From: an uncultured bacterium
Lineage (GTDB): Bacteria; Desulfobacterota; Binatia; UBA1149; CAITLU01
DNA: 64,000 nucleotides
Reading direction: 5' to 3'
Assembly: GCA_903893315.1 (NCBI GenBank)
Contig: CAITLU010000024.1
Location: 5,119 to 69,118, forward strand
Within the stretch, counting starts at the first letter, position 1. Each line of letters begins with the position of its first letter. The position numbers and the translations under genes are program-made. Of this stretch, positions 11,517 through 20,921 are shown one piece after another. Below the pieces are notes generated by a model. The model did no database searches. It was not told the DNA's origin and saw only the letters and a program-made list of their open reading frames with translations.

Positions 11517-13373
11517 TCAGCCCTCGGCGCCGCGTTTGAGCACGTTGGCCCATTCGTCCTTGAGAGTCGCGGTGCGGTTGAATACCAGGGCTCCCGTGCG
11601 TGAGTCGGGGTCCACGGTGAAATAGCCCATCCGCTCGAACTGAAACGTCTGACCCGGCGCGGCCGACGTCAGACTCTCTTCCAATCTCGCTTCGGTATTC
11701 AACTCGAGCGAAGTCGGGTTCAGGTAGTCGAAGATAGTCGCGCCTTCCTCGACCCGAGCCGGATTTTCACGCGTGAAGAGCTGATTGTAGAGGCGTACTT
11801 CGGCGGGCAGGGCATGGGCTGCCGCTACCCAGTGCAGGGTTGCCTTTACTTTGCGTCCATCGGGCGCGTTGCCACCCGTGGTGGCCGGGTCGTAGGTGCA
11901 GCGAAGCTCGGTGATATCGCCGGCCTCGTTCTTCACGACGCCCGTGCAGGTGATGAAATAACCGTAGCGGAGTCTGACCTCGCGGCCCGGGGCGAGGCGG
12001 AAGAACTTTTTCGGCGGATCTTCCTGGAAGTCCTCGCGCTCGATGTAGAGTTCACGCGAGAACGGAACCTTGCGCGTTCCAGCCGACGGATCTTCCGGGT
12101 TGTTGACGGCGTCGAGGTACTCGACCCTGCCATCAGGGTAGTTCTCGATCACCATCTTGAGCGGCCGCAACACGCCCATCACGCGCGGCGTGTGGCGGTT
12201 GAGGTCGTCGCGTACGCAGAACTCGAGCTGCGCGAACTGCACCAGGTTGTCGCTGCGCGCAATGCCGATGCCTTCGCAGAAAGCGCGGATAGAGGCCGGC
12301 GTGTAGCCGCGCCGGCGCATGCCGGAGATGGTCGGCATGCGCGGGTCGTCCCAGCCGCGCACGTGCCCTTCCTCGACCAGCAACCTCAGCGTACGTTTGC
12401 TCATCACGGTGTAGGTGAGGTTCAGGCGCGCGAACTCGAACTGCCGCGGTCGTGAAGAATGCGCGCTGAGATCCACGTGGTCGAGCACCCAGTCGTAGAG
12501 AGCTCGATTCGGTACGAATTCCAGCGTGCACAACGAATGGGTGACGCCTTCGATGGCGTCGGAGAGACAGTGGGCGAAATCGTACATCGGGTAGATGCAC
12601 CACTTGTCGCCGCTGCGGTGATGTGAAGAGTGCTGGATGCGGTAGATGACCGGGTCGCGCATCGCGATGTTGGGTGCGGCCATGTCGATCCTGGCGCGCA
12701 GGGTCCGTGCGCCGCCGGCGAACTCGCCTGCGCGCATACGCCGGAAAAGATCCAGGTTCTCGTCCGTCGAACGTTCCCGCCATGGGCTGTGGCGGCCGGG
12801 TTCGGTGAGCGTGCCGCGATACTCGCGCATCTGCTCCGCGTTCAGGTCGCAGACGAAAGCGTTGCCTTTGCAGATAAGTTCTTCGGCAAAAAGGTAGAGG
12901 CGCTCGAAGTAGTCGGCCGCGTGGTAGAAGTGCGGCCCCCAGTCGAAACCGAGCCAGCGCACGTCCGCGGTGATCGAGTCCACGTACTCGACGTCTTCCT
13001 TGCTCGGGTTGGTGTCGTCCATGCGCAGGTGACAGCGCCCGCCGTTCTCGGCCGCCACGGTGAAGTTGAGACAGATGGCCTTGGCGTGGCCGATGTGGAG
13101 GTAGCCGTTCGGCTCGGGCGGAAAGCGCGTGACTATGGTTCGCCTTGGCCTGCCCGCCGCGACGTCGCCGGCGAGGTCGGCAGCTATGATCTGACGGATG
13201 AAGTCACTCCCTCCGGAAGCGGCGGGGACGGCGGTGTCGGCGGCATCTGCGCCGGCGCCCGAAGGCGTCGGTGACTTGGGTCGGGTATCGATGGGCACGC
13301 GAAAGTTCCTCTTGGCCTGTCTGCTCGTTCGGACGGCGGGGGAATAGATATGCGTTGCAGGGGGTGCGAACAA
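11517..13373 (-). CDS. glnS: Glutaminyl-tRNA synthetase
   Basis: [11 protein letters not shown]...[22 protein letters not shown]...[17 protein letters not shown] aligns to E. coli GlnRS from about residue 10. The true start is probably ~30 codons inside the ORF; otherwise there is a short N-terminal extension. Confidence 0.9.
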   Translation of the reverse strand: MFAPPATHIYSPAVRTSRQAKRNFRVPIDTRPKSPTPSGAGADAADTAVPAASGGSDFIRQIIAADLAGDVAAGRPRRTIVTRFPPEPNGYLHIGHAKAICLNFTVAAENGGRCHLRMDDTNPSKEDVEYVDSITADVRWLGFDWGPHFYHAADYFERLYLFAEELICKGNAFVCDLNAEQMREYRGTLTEPGRHSPWRERSTDENLDLFRRMRAGEFAGGARTLRARIDMAAPNIAMRDPVIYRIQHSSHHRSGDKWCIYPMYDFAHCLSDAIEGVTHSLCTLEFVPNRALYDWVLDHVDLSAHSSRPRQFEFARLNLTYTVMSKRTLRLLVEEGHVRGWDDPRMPTISGMRRRGYTPASIRAFCEGIGIARSDNLVQFAQLEFCVRDDLNRHTPRVMGVLRPLKMVIENYPDGRVEYLDAVNNPEDPSAGTRKVPFSRELYIEREDFQEDPPKKFFRLAPGREVRLRYGYFITCTGVVKNEAGDITELRCTYDPATTGGNAPDGRKVKATLHWVAAAHALPAEVRLYNQLFTRENPARVEEGATIFDYLNPTSLELNTEARLEESLTSAAPGQTFQFERMGYFTVDPDSRTGALVFNRTATLKDEWANVLKRGAEG

Positions 13374-13663
13374 AAGGGGGAGTGCGGTTGAGGGCGGCGT
13401 CGAGGGGAAGGGCGTCGAGGATGTGTGGGTGCGGATCGCCGCTGCGCCCGTGAAGGCGAGGCCGGTGAGATGTCGGTAGTTTCGCGGCCACTGCCGTCAA
13501 CGCTCGGGTCAACGCTCAACCTATTCCGATTCGAAATAGGGAATCGCCTGCGACTCTAGGGTCGCCGGCACTCCGTCGCTACGATCGCTCGTCGACGGCG
13601 TGGGCCGGTGGAACTCGGCCCTTTGCCTGCCGCGTCCCCGGGCAGCCCCGTCGCTGAGGATGC

Positions 13664-16270
13664 GTGAGAGGTTTGTTGACTCTGCTGTGGTGGGTGAGCC
13701 GCCGCGAACTGCGAGCGAGGCCCGTCAGGGTGGCGTTGTTCGTGGGCTCGATCGCTACTGGAGTGGCGCTGCTGACGGCGATGCGCGTGGCCACCGACAG
13801 CATCGTCGACGGCTTCACCGCCGATCTCCAACGCATTGCGGGCAAGGCCGACCTGGAGATCGCCTGCGGCAGCGGTGAAATCGGTTTTCCTGAAGAGACG
13901 CTGGACAGGATTCGCGGGCACCCGGCGGTGGCACAGGCGGCGGCCCTGGTGCGCGGCTCGGTGAGGATCGAGGGCGAGAGGCCCGAGACGGTCGATCTGT
14001 TCGGGATCGACGTCCTGCAGAAGGAAGTGCTGGAACTGTTCGACGTCAACGTACTCGAACGCACCAAGGACGACTTCACTATCCTGAACGACCCGCGCGC
14101 GGTGTTCGTCACGCAGAAGCTGGCCGGCGAGCGAGGCCTGCACCTCGAAGACAAGATCCGCATGAGCGGCGTCGATGGGCTTCACGAGTACACGGTCAGG
14201 GGCATCTTTGCCGCCCAAGGTCTTGGCGAAGTCTTCGGCGGGCGTCTCGCGGCCATGTACCTGCCCGCAGCTCAGCCGGTTGTCGGAACGCGAGGCGATC
14301 TGGAGGTGTCGCTGATAGATCAGATTGCCGTGCGTCTGGTTGCCGGCACGGACGTGGATGTCGCAGAGCGCGAACTTCAGGTCCTGGCGGGTCCCTCGTT
14401 GATCGTTGCGGAGCCGTTGCAGAGGCGGGCGGTAGCTGAACGCACGGTGCGTGGGCTGCGCGCGACGTTGGTCGGCATGAGTACGCTGGCACTGATGGCC
14501 GCGGTTTTCATCGTCTATGCGTCGACCGTGACGCTGGTCGCGCAGCGCAGATCCAGCGCGGCGATGCTTGTCGCCATCGGGACGCGGCCGAATGCACTGG
14601 TGGCGCTGATCATGGCGGAGGCCGGTATTCTCGGGGCGATCGGCTCGATCATGGGAGTCGGCATCGGGCTGATGCTGGCGGGCGTGGTGATCGGCGATGT
14701 CGCTGAAGGGATGCGGCTGAACTATTCGCTATCGCTCGGCGAACCCGTTCGCTCGCTCAATCGTGCGATGCTGTTCGTCGTGCATCCGGCGGGCGGCGTG
14801 TTGACGGCCATGTTGTCGGCTCTTCTGCCGGCGCGGCGGCTGCGCGGAATAGATCCGCTGTGCTTGCAGCGACGGCACGGCGATCATTCGGACTCGGCGC
14901 GTTGGGCGCTGCCGTGGCGGGTCTTTACGGGTGGAGTCTCGGGACTCGCGTCGGGCGGCGCCGCGATCTGGTGGGGCGTACGAACGTCATCTTCCGCATG
15001 GTGCGCTTTCGGCGGCGTGGCGGTGGTGCTGGCTGCGGTGATAGTCGGGATCCCTGTGGTCATTTCGTCGTGGCGTTTCGCTGCGACCGCGCTCGCTCGT
15101 TTCCTCGGTATGCCGGGGAGGCTGGCAGCAGAGAATCTCGCCCGAAGCCTGGAACGCAGCGTGATCACTTCCGCCGCCATCGCGCTTTGCATCGCGGTAG
15201 CCGTCGGGGCGGGAAGCCTGGTCGCGAGTTTTCGTCAGTCGGTCACCAACTGGTACGGGTTCGCGGGTGATGCCCTGGTGTCGTCGCCTATCACCGACGG
15301 CGGATGGCTCTCCGCGCCGACTGCCGGAATTGTCGAGGGTCGGCTGCATGAACTCGCTTGCGTCAAGGGCGTAGAGACTCTGCGGGTTGTCCAAGGCGTG
15401 ATGTTCCGTGGTGAGCGGATTGCGTTGTCGGCGCTGAGCTCGGGTCTTCTCGACGTGGCACTCCAAGAGGCGCGGCCGCTGGGAGTCGCGAGTGTTGTAG
15501 AGGCAAGTGCGCGCATCCGGCGAGGAGAGGCGGCCGCCGTGTCGGAGAACTTCGCGCGACACTTCTCGCAGGACTCATACGCGGGGCGCGTAAGACTCGA
15601 CTCGCCTACAGGAACGGTCGAATTGCCGGTGGTCGCAGTGCTGCCCGACTACGTGTCGGACAAAGGGTCGCTGATCATCTCACGGCAGGTTCTTGCCGAC
15701 CGATGGCATGACGACGCCGTCAACTATTTTGCCGTCAACCTGGTGCATGGCGCCGCCGTCGATGATCTTCGTGAACAGGTCGCGACTCAGCTCGGCGCAT
15801 CTTTCAACCTTTCGGTCCTTCGCTCCGGCGATATGATTGAGCGCGTGGACGCAATGATAGGAGCGGCGTTCGCCGACATCGATACGATCAAGCTGCTGGT
15901 GCTGTTCCTGACGCTGGTCGGCATCGCGGATCTGCTGGCATCCAATATTCTCGACCGTCAGTGGGAGATGGCGGTCCTGCGTCTCGTCGGGATGCGCGAC
16001 TCCGAACTGGTTCGCGTGATGGTACTCGAGGCGCTGTGTGTCGGCATCGCGGCGTCGCTGCTCGGAGTGCTGGTCGGCGCTGTCTCGGCCTGGGTCTGGG
16101 TCGAGTTCAGCTACCCGGTACTGGTCGGCTATGTTCTCGAGTTCGTGTTCGGTTGGTGGGGCGCCGGCTTGTGCTTGGTATTGACCGTCTGCGCTGCGTA
16201 TCTTGCCGCCGTGGTTTGTGGATGGGCATCGCTGCGGATCTCAGCGCTGGAAGCTGTTCGTTATGAGTGA
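13664..16270 (+). CDS. ABC transporter permease, FtsX/MacB-LolE family, tandem-duplicated (two 4-TM FtsX domains, each with a large periplasmic loop)
   Basis: At 868 aa it has an N-terminal TM, a periplasmic domain and 3 TM, then a second copy ending in a typical FtsX C-terminal TM bundle. This is a YbbP/MacB-like architecture. Confidence 0.8.
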   Translation: MRGLLTLLWWVSRRELRARPVRVALFVGSIATGVALLTAMRVATDSIVDGFTADLQRIAGKADLEIACGSGEIGFPEETLDRIRGHPAVAQAAALVRGSVRIEGERPETVDLFGIDVLQKEVLELFDVNVLERTKDDFTILNDPRAVFVTQKLAGERGLHLEDKIRMSGVDGLHEYTVRGIFAAQGLGEVFGGRLAAMYLPAAQPVVGTRGDLEVSLIDQIAVRLVAGTDVDVAERELQVLAGPSLIVAEPLQRRAVAERTVRGLRATLVGMSTLALMAAVFIVYASTVTLVAQRRSSAAMLVAIGTRPNALVALIMAEAGILGAIGSIMGVGIGLMLAGVVIGDVAEGMRLNYSLSLGEPVRSLNRAMLFVVHPAGGVLTAMLSALLPARRLRGIDPLCLQRRHGDHSDSARWALPWRVFTGGVSGLASGGAAIWWGVRTSSSAWCAFGGVAVVLAAVIVGIPVVISSWRFAATALARFLGMPGRLAAENLARSLERSVITSAAIALCIAVAVGAGSLVASFRQSVTNWYGFAGDALVSSPITDGGWLSAPTAGIVEGRLHELACVKGVETLRVVQGVMFRGERIALSALSSGLLDVALQEARPLGVASVVEASARIRRGEAAAVSENFARHFSQDSYAGRVRLDSPTGTVELPVVAVLPDYVSDKGSLIISRQVLADRWHDDAVNYFAVNLVHGAAVDDLREQVATQLGASFNLSVLRSGDMIERVDAMIGAAFADIDTIKLLVLFLTLVGIADLLASNILDRQWEMAVLRLVGMRDSELVRVMVLEALCVGIAASLLGVLVGAVSAWVWVEFSYPVLVGYVLEFVFGWWGAGLCLVLTVCAAYLAAVVCGWASLRISALEAVRYE

Positions 16271-16321
16271 CGGCGTGGGGCCACGCCGCCGGCGCGTGGC
16301 GCGCCTCGGGATCGATCGCGA

Positions 16322-17350
16322 ATGACTGCGATGCGAATTCTCGGGGTGGGGTCGAGTCTGCCGCAACGGGTTGTTCTCAACGCCGAGATCGAGGCTCTGA
16401 CCGGGATGCCGCACGGGCGGATCCGCGAACTCTTCGGGGTGGACGAGCGTCGCTGGTCGCGAGGTGTCGAGAGCGCTGATCCACCCGAAGGGCAGCGCTG
16501 CAGCGACCTGGCGGCGGCGGCCGGCGCGGCCGCGCTGGCGGACGCGGGGATCGATCCTGCGGAGGTCGATCTGCTGGTCGCGGTCACCACGACTCCCGAC
16601 TGTCTGAATCCGCCGTTCGACGCGCTGGTCGCCAGGAAACTCGGGCTGGTCGGAGCCTTGGGGTTTACTCTGAGCGCTCCGTGTACCGGTGTGTTTCGAG
16701 GCACCGCACTTGCTGAAGCGATGCTCGCTTCGGGCCGCGCGCGCCGCGCATTGGTAGTCGCGGCGGAAACGCTTTCGCCGTTCTTCCGCTTCGGACCAAC
16801 GATTCCGAAGGACCACTGCTTGAATTCGGTATTGTACGCCGATGGTGCGGGCGCGTGGGTGCTGGGCACGGAAGGGACGCGCGAACCGAAAATTGAACTC
16901 CTCGATATCGAGTTGGCACAACTCGACGAAGAGCCTGGTGTGATGTTCCCGGGAATGTTGTCTGCGACGCCTCCGTCACTCGAGCGATTCTCCAGCTGTG
17001 ACGATCTCGGCTATCACGACTTCAGGCGTGTGCTCGCCAAAGGCGGGCGGCTCGCCGCCGAGGCCGCCGAGAGGGTGATGAAGAAGCTCGGCGTTGGTAC
17101 CGATGACGTGCGTTTTTTCGTGACCCACCAGGCCACAGGCAACATGCACAGGATAGGTGCTTCCTACGGACTTCCGCCGGAGAAGATTCCGGTCAACATC
17201 GACCGCGTCGGGAACACGGTCTCTGCGTCGATCCTGCTGCTGCTCGACGAACTCAAGCGCGAAGGGAGACTTGCGGCCGGAGATCTGCTCGTGCTGCATA
17301 CGGCAGAGAGTTCCACCTGGAGTTCCGCCGGGATGGCGATCCGCTGGTGA
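16322..17350 (+). CDS. 3-oxoacyl-ACP synthase III (FabH-like KAS III), catalytic Cys-His-Asn present
   Basis: The SAPCTG (Cys), FFVTHQATGN (His) and NIDRVGNTVSAS (Asn) motifs at the canonical spacings. It sits 51 bp downstream of the FtsX permease on the same strand. Confidence 0.8.
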   Translation: MTAMRILGVGSSLPQRVVLNAEIEALTGMPHGRIRELFGVDERRWSRGVESADPPEGQRCSDLAAAAGAAALADAGIDPAEVDLLVAVTTTPDCLNPPFDALVARKLGLVGALGFTLSAPCTGVFRGTALAEAMLASGRARRALVVAAETLSPFFRFGPTIPKDHCLNSVLYADGAGAWVLGTEGTREPKIELLDIELAQLDEEPGVMFPGMLSATPPSLERFSSCDDLGYHDFRRVLAKGGRLAAEAAERVMKKLGVGTDDVRFFVTHQATGNMHRIGASYGLPPEKIPVNIDRVGNTVSASILLLLDELKREGRLAAGDLLVLHTAESSTWSSAGMAIRW

Positions 17351-17402
17351 AGCGTCCTTGTCCTGGCCTTCTGGCGTAGTCGCAGGAAGCGAACGGGTTT
17401 CG

Positions 17403-18107
17403 TCAGGCGCGACCGGCGCCGCCGCTTCCCGTCAGTGCGATGTCTTCGGTTATCCTGCCGTCACTGACTCTGACGATCCGATCGCAGAACGATCCCCACA
17501 CCGGGTCGTGGGTGACGACCAAGGTCGTCACCCCGAGGTCTTCGTTGAGCATGCGCAGCAGCTCGATGATCTGGCGGCCGGCAATCGAGTCCAAGTTTCC
17601 GGTCGGCTCGTCCGCGAGGACTACCGACGGCGAAATGGCTAGCGCGCGTGCGATCGCGACCCTCTGCATTTCTCCGCCTGACAGAGAGTTGGCTTGATGA
17701 TTTTTCCGGTGCGTCATCCCGACCATGTCCATCGCTCTTGCGACTCTCTCGCGTTCCTCGTCGTGGGCTATGCCGTCGAGTCGCAGAGGCAGTGCGACGT
17801 TTTCGTCAGCGGTCAGGTACGGAAGCAGATTGAAAAACTGGAATACGATCCCTATTTCGCGCCTGCGCATGAGTGACAGGTCGTCGCTGCTCATGGCGGA
17901 AAGTTCTCGGTCCCCGAGCAGGACGCGACCGTGGTCGGGGTGCAGGAGTCCGGCGACCAGGTGCAACAGGGTGCTCTTGCCCGATCCGCTCGGTCCCATG
18001 ATCGCGCACATCTGTCCTCGCGGCACGTCGAAGTCGATGCCGCGAAGGGCCTCGACACGGGTGGTGCCGTGGCCGAATGCTTTCTGGACAGCGTCGAAGT
18101 GGATCAT
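17403..18107 (-). CDS. ABC transporter ATP-binding protein (LolD/MacB-type ATPase)
   Basis: Walker A GPSGSGKST, Q-loop, signature LSGGEMQRVAIARAL and Walker B VLADEPTGNLD. Confidence 0.9.
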   Translation of the reverse strand: MIHFDAVQKAFGHGTTRVEALRGIDFDVPRGQMCAIMGPSGSGKSTLLHLVAGLLHPDHGRVLLGDRELSAMSSDDLSLMRRREIGIVFQFFNLLPYLTADENVALPLRLDGIAHDEERERVARAMDMVGMTHRKNHQANSLSGGEMQRVAIARALAISPSVVLADEPTGNLDSIAGRQIIELLRMLNEDLGVTTLVVTHDPVWGSFCDRIVRVSDGRITEDIALTGSGGAGRA

Positions 18108-18120
18108 CTTGCGGCCTGCC

Positions 18121-18669
18121 TCAGCCCTGTTTGATCAATCGGCGCTCGATGCTTTCCAGCCAGGTCAGGTCGGCCCGTACACGCATTTCCGCACCGTCGA
18201 GGACGATTTCGGTGGCGCGCATGTCGACGCCGGCTTTCTCGAGTCTTCGTCGTCGCCTGGTGATCCTTGCGAGTCTGGTGAGGTAGACACTGCGTTGCTG
18301 CTTGATCATCGTGTAAACGCGGTCGATGTCGTCCGGTCCGAGAAACAGCAGCTTGAGGATCAATTCGTCGCGTAGAGGTTGTGCGTCTTCACGCACCGGA
18401 GCCAGCAGCCAGTCGTCGAGGTTCTGCTTTCCGTCGTGCGTGATGCGGTAGACCTTCCGGTTGGGCCGCCCCTTTTGGATCTCGTCCGCGACGGAGAGTT
18501 CGCCCGCCTTCTCGAGTTCGTCGAGTATCCGATAGAGCCGCCCGTAGTTCAGCGACCAGAACTCATCGGCGATGGCTTCGCATTCGCCGCGCAGGCGATA
18601 TCCGTGGATACCGTCGGATTTAGAGGCGATCAGGCCAAGTACCGCATAGCGAAGATTCCCAACCGACAT
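18121..18669 (-). CDS. PadR family transcriptional regulator
   Basis: A winged-helix PadR N-terminal domain (LRYAVLGLIASKSDGIHGYRLR...SLNYGRLYRILDELEKAGEL...GRPNRKVYRIT) with a C-terminal coiled extension. Confidence 0.8.
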   Translation of the reverse strand: MSVGNLRYAVLGLIASKSDGIHGYRLRGECEAIADEFWSLNYGRLYRILDELEKAGELSVADEIQKGRPNRKVYRITHDGKQNLDDWLLAPVREDAQPLRDELILKLLFLGPDDIDRVYTMIKQQRSVYLTRLARITRRRRRLEKAGVDMRATEIVLDGAEMRVRADLTWLESIERRLIKQG

Positions 18670-18795
18670 GGTGCGCTCCCCCTCGGGTCGTCTTCAGACG
18701 ATGGAAACACGATGGCAAAGCCCACGTCAACGAGGCAGGGGAGCTCGGCCGCAATATTTTGTTCTCTTTGGAGATAGCTCCGTGAGTGAGCTTGG

Positions 18796-19221
18796 TCACT
18801 TATCCTGGCCGACCAGGACGGACTTCAGCGAGTGCAGCCTTTCGCGGATCTCGTCCCTGGCCAGCCGAAATCGCCTTCGTGTTTCTCCGGTCTCGACATC
18901 CGGGACGCTCGAGGCCGGATCCGCGATCGGCCAGTGAAGACGCTGGATCCGGCCCGGCAGCAGCGGGCAGACTTCTTCGGCGCACAGCGTGACGACCAAG
19001 TCGATCGTGGTCGGGTCGATCTCGTCCACCGACTTGGAGTGATGCCGGGAGATGTCGACGCCGACCTCGGCCATCGCTTCGATGGCGTAGGGGTTGACCG
19101 TCGAGGGCTTGGATCCCGCGCTCTGGACCTCGGCGTGGCCAGCCAGCAGTTGGCGAGCGAGACCTTCGGCCATCTGGCTTCTGGCCGAGTTGGCCACGCA
19201 TAGGAAAAGGATGCGCTTCAT
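18796..19221 (-). CDS. arsC: Arsenate reductase, thioredoxin-coupled LMW-PTP family (ArsC-like)
   Basis: [20 protein letters not shown]...[12 protein letters not shown] closely parallels B. subtilis ArsC, but the second P-loop Cys is replaced by Ala. The start is at the internal Met of a 381-aa shadow ORF. Confidence 0.7.
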   Translation of the reverse strand: MKRILFLCVANSARSQMAEGLARQLLAGHAEVQSAGSKPSTVNPYAIEAMAEVGVDISRHHSKSVDEIDPTTIDLVVTLCAEEVCPLLPGRIQRLHWPIADPASSVPDVETGETRRRFRLARDEIRERLHSLKSVLVGQDK

Positions 19222-20130
19222 GTCCTGCCCGATCCTGCCGACTTCAAGGTTGGTCGCGGTCCTACTTACGCCAGGGCTCTGCGGCCAGCGCAGTCTTAGC
19301 GGTTGCCGGCCGGTGCCTCCAGTGAACGCGAAACCGTTCCGGACGAATGCATGACGGCGTTGACGGCGAGGCTCGTGGGCGTGAGCGAGTGATTGGCCGC
19401 GGCGGACCCGGAGTGCGCGATGCGCGCACCGGACCGGAACGGGGCAGGGGGAGGAGTTCGTGCAGTGATTGTTAGTGGCGTGGTTCCGACGAGGGGGTCC
19501 GGATGGGAGCCGGCACCCCGCTCGAAACAATCCAGGCCGCGATCCGGCCGGTGCGCGAAACCGACAGTGGGCCGCGTTCCTGCGAGCGTCAAGTCGTCGC
19601 AGTCGCACTTCTTGGCTCTCGCGCATTTCAGCCTCGGGTCGCTTCGAGGGAGAGAGGGAGCAGCTTGCGTTGTGGGAGGATGCACCGTCCGCTCGATTCC
19701 TGGGATCGGCGTGTCTGCGTGGGATAATAGGGAGATAGGAGACGTAACTCGATTTCACCCGAAGCCCTGACCGCGCTTTCTCCGGCGGCCCGAGAGGTCG
19801 CGGGCGAGCCTCGGCGCACGCCCTGCCCGCAAAATACTTAGCACGCGTTTGCGGCGGCAAACGCTTGTTTGGGAGGTGCGGCATTGAAGCCGCGCTTGCG
19901 CGCGATCTAAGAGCCGAACCGGCCGGTCCCGGGCCTTGCAAGAGCCTGCGGGCTTGGCGTTGCGGGAGCCGGCGGGCCTCCTGCGTCTCGTCCGTTGGCT
20001 GCCTTTTCTCCGTTGCCTTCCGCGGGGCAGCGCGGCGAGAATCGCGGTGTGCCGACCACTGTGGTTTTCCGCCTTGGGGCCCTGCTTGGGGTCGCGAGTT
20101 TCGTCGTCCTTTGGCCCGTGCCCCGAATCA

Positions 20131-20771
20131 TCCGCCCAGGTCGTGCCTGGCGGCCAGATCACCAAGGCCAACTCGGAGAGGATCGAGGCGCTGGTCCCGC
20201 CGGGCGTCAAGTGGCGTGTCAATAACGGCATGAACATCGACATCGTCAAGACCGAGCGTTTCCGATCCGCGCCGACTACAAGGCCGTCACCGAGAAGTAC
20301 TCGGCCCAGGTGGTACTCGTCGTCAACAACGAACTCGACAACCGGGTGGCTGGCAAGCCTTTCCCGGGGATCGATCCGAACGATTCTCAGGCTGCGCAGA
20401 AGATCATGTACGACTTCGGGCACACCCATTACTGGCCCGAGACCCTCGACCTTCACCTTACCGTCGCCGACACAGGCAGCATCTACGTCGATACCAACGG
20501 CAACCGCCGCTATAACGTCGAGCGTCACTTCGTGCCCGACTGGATGCGCGTGCTGGGTTTCCAGGGCCGCATCAAGAACGAGCGGAAGCCGCAGTTTCTG
20601 CCGAACAATGACAAGGTATTTCAGAAGGCGGGGCTCTATCCTCTGATCGAGCCTTTCGACTTGAAGGGAGTCGGCGGAGTGTCGTTTCGCTGTCTCGACC
20701 AGACCGAGCAGGACGACACCTGGCTTGATCTTCCTTTCGTGCGCCGCCCGCCCCGTTGTCGCGGAAAGTAA
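20131..20771 (+). pseudogene. Frameshifted and truncated gene fragment (possibly DUF1329-like secreted protein). No signal peptide, a -1 frameshift near 20255, and no C-terminal half.
   Basis: A protein-like translation (…GQITKANSERIEALVPPGVKWRVNNGMNIDIVKTERF | IRADYKAVTEKYSAQVVLVVNNELDNRVAGKPFPGIDPND…HTHYW…) continues across two frames, separated by a 1-nt slip in a TTTCC run. The reading ends abruptly at 20771. Confidence 0.4.
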
Positions 20772-20921
20772 CTGGACAGCGAGGCTCCCCTGGGGCACAA
20801 GAAAAACCGTCGCGGAAAAACCCGTGTCGGGAACACCCGCGGGTAAATCGAACCGGCCCTCGCCGGTTTGAACTGCAACCGCAGATATTCGGTAGAAGGC
20901 TGAGGGACTGGAGGTCGGATC

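Noticed and set aside
19222-20150. Possible structured RNA gene (RNase P RNA, tmRNA, SRP RNA, 6S) in the ORF-free region
   Set aside because: I could not find the hallmark motifs (GGAAAGUCCGGGC / ACAGAAA for RNase P; a tRNA-like CCA-end for tmRNA; the SRP AGGUCAGGUCCGGAAGGAAGCAGC) on either strand. It is left as an open, non-coding relic.
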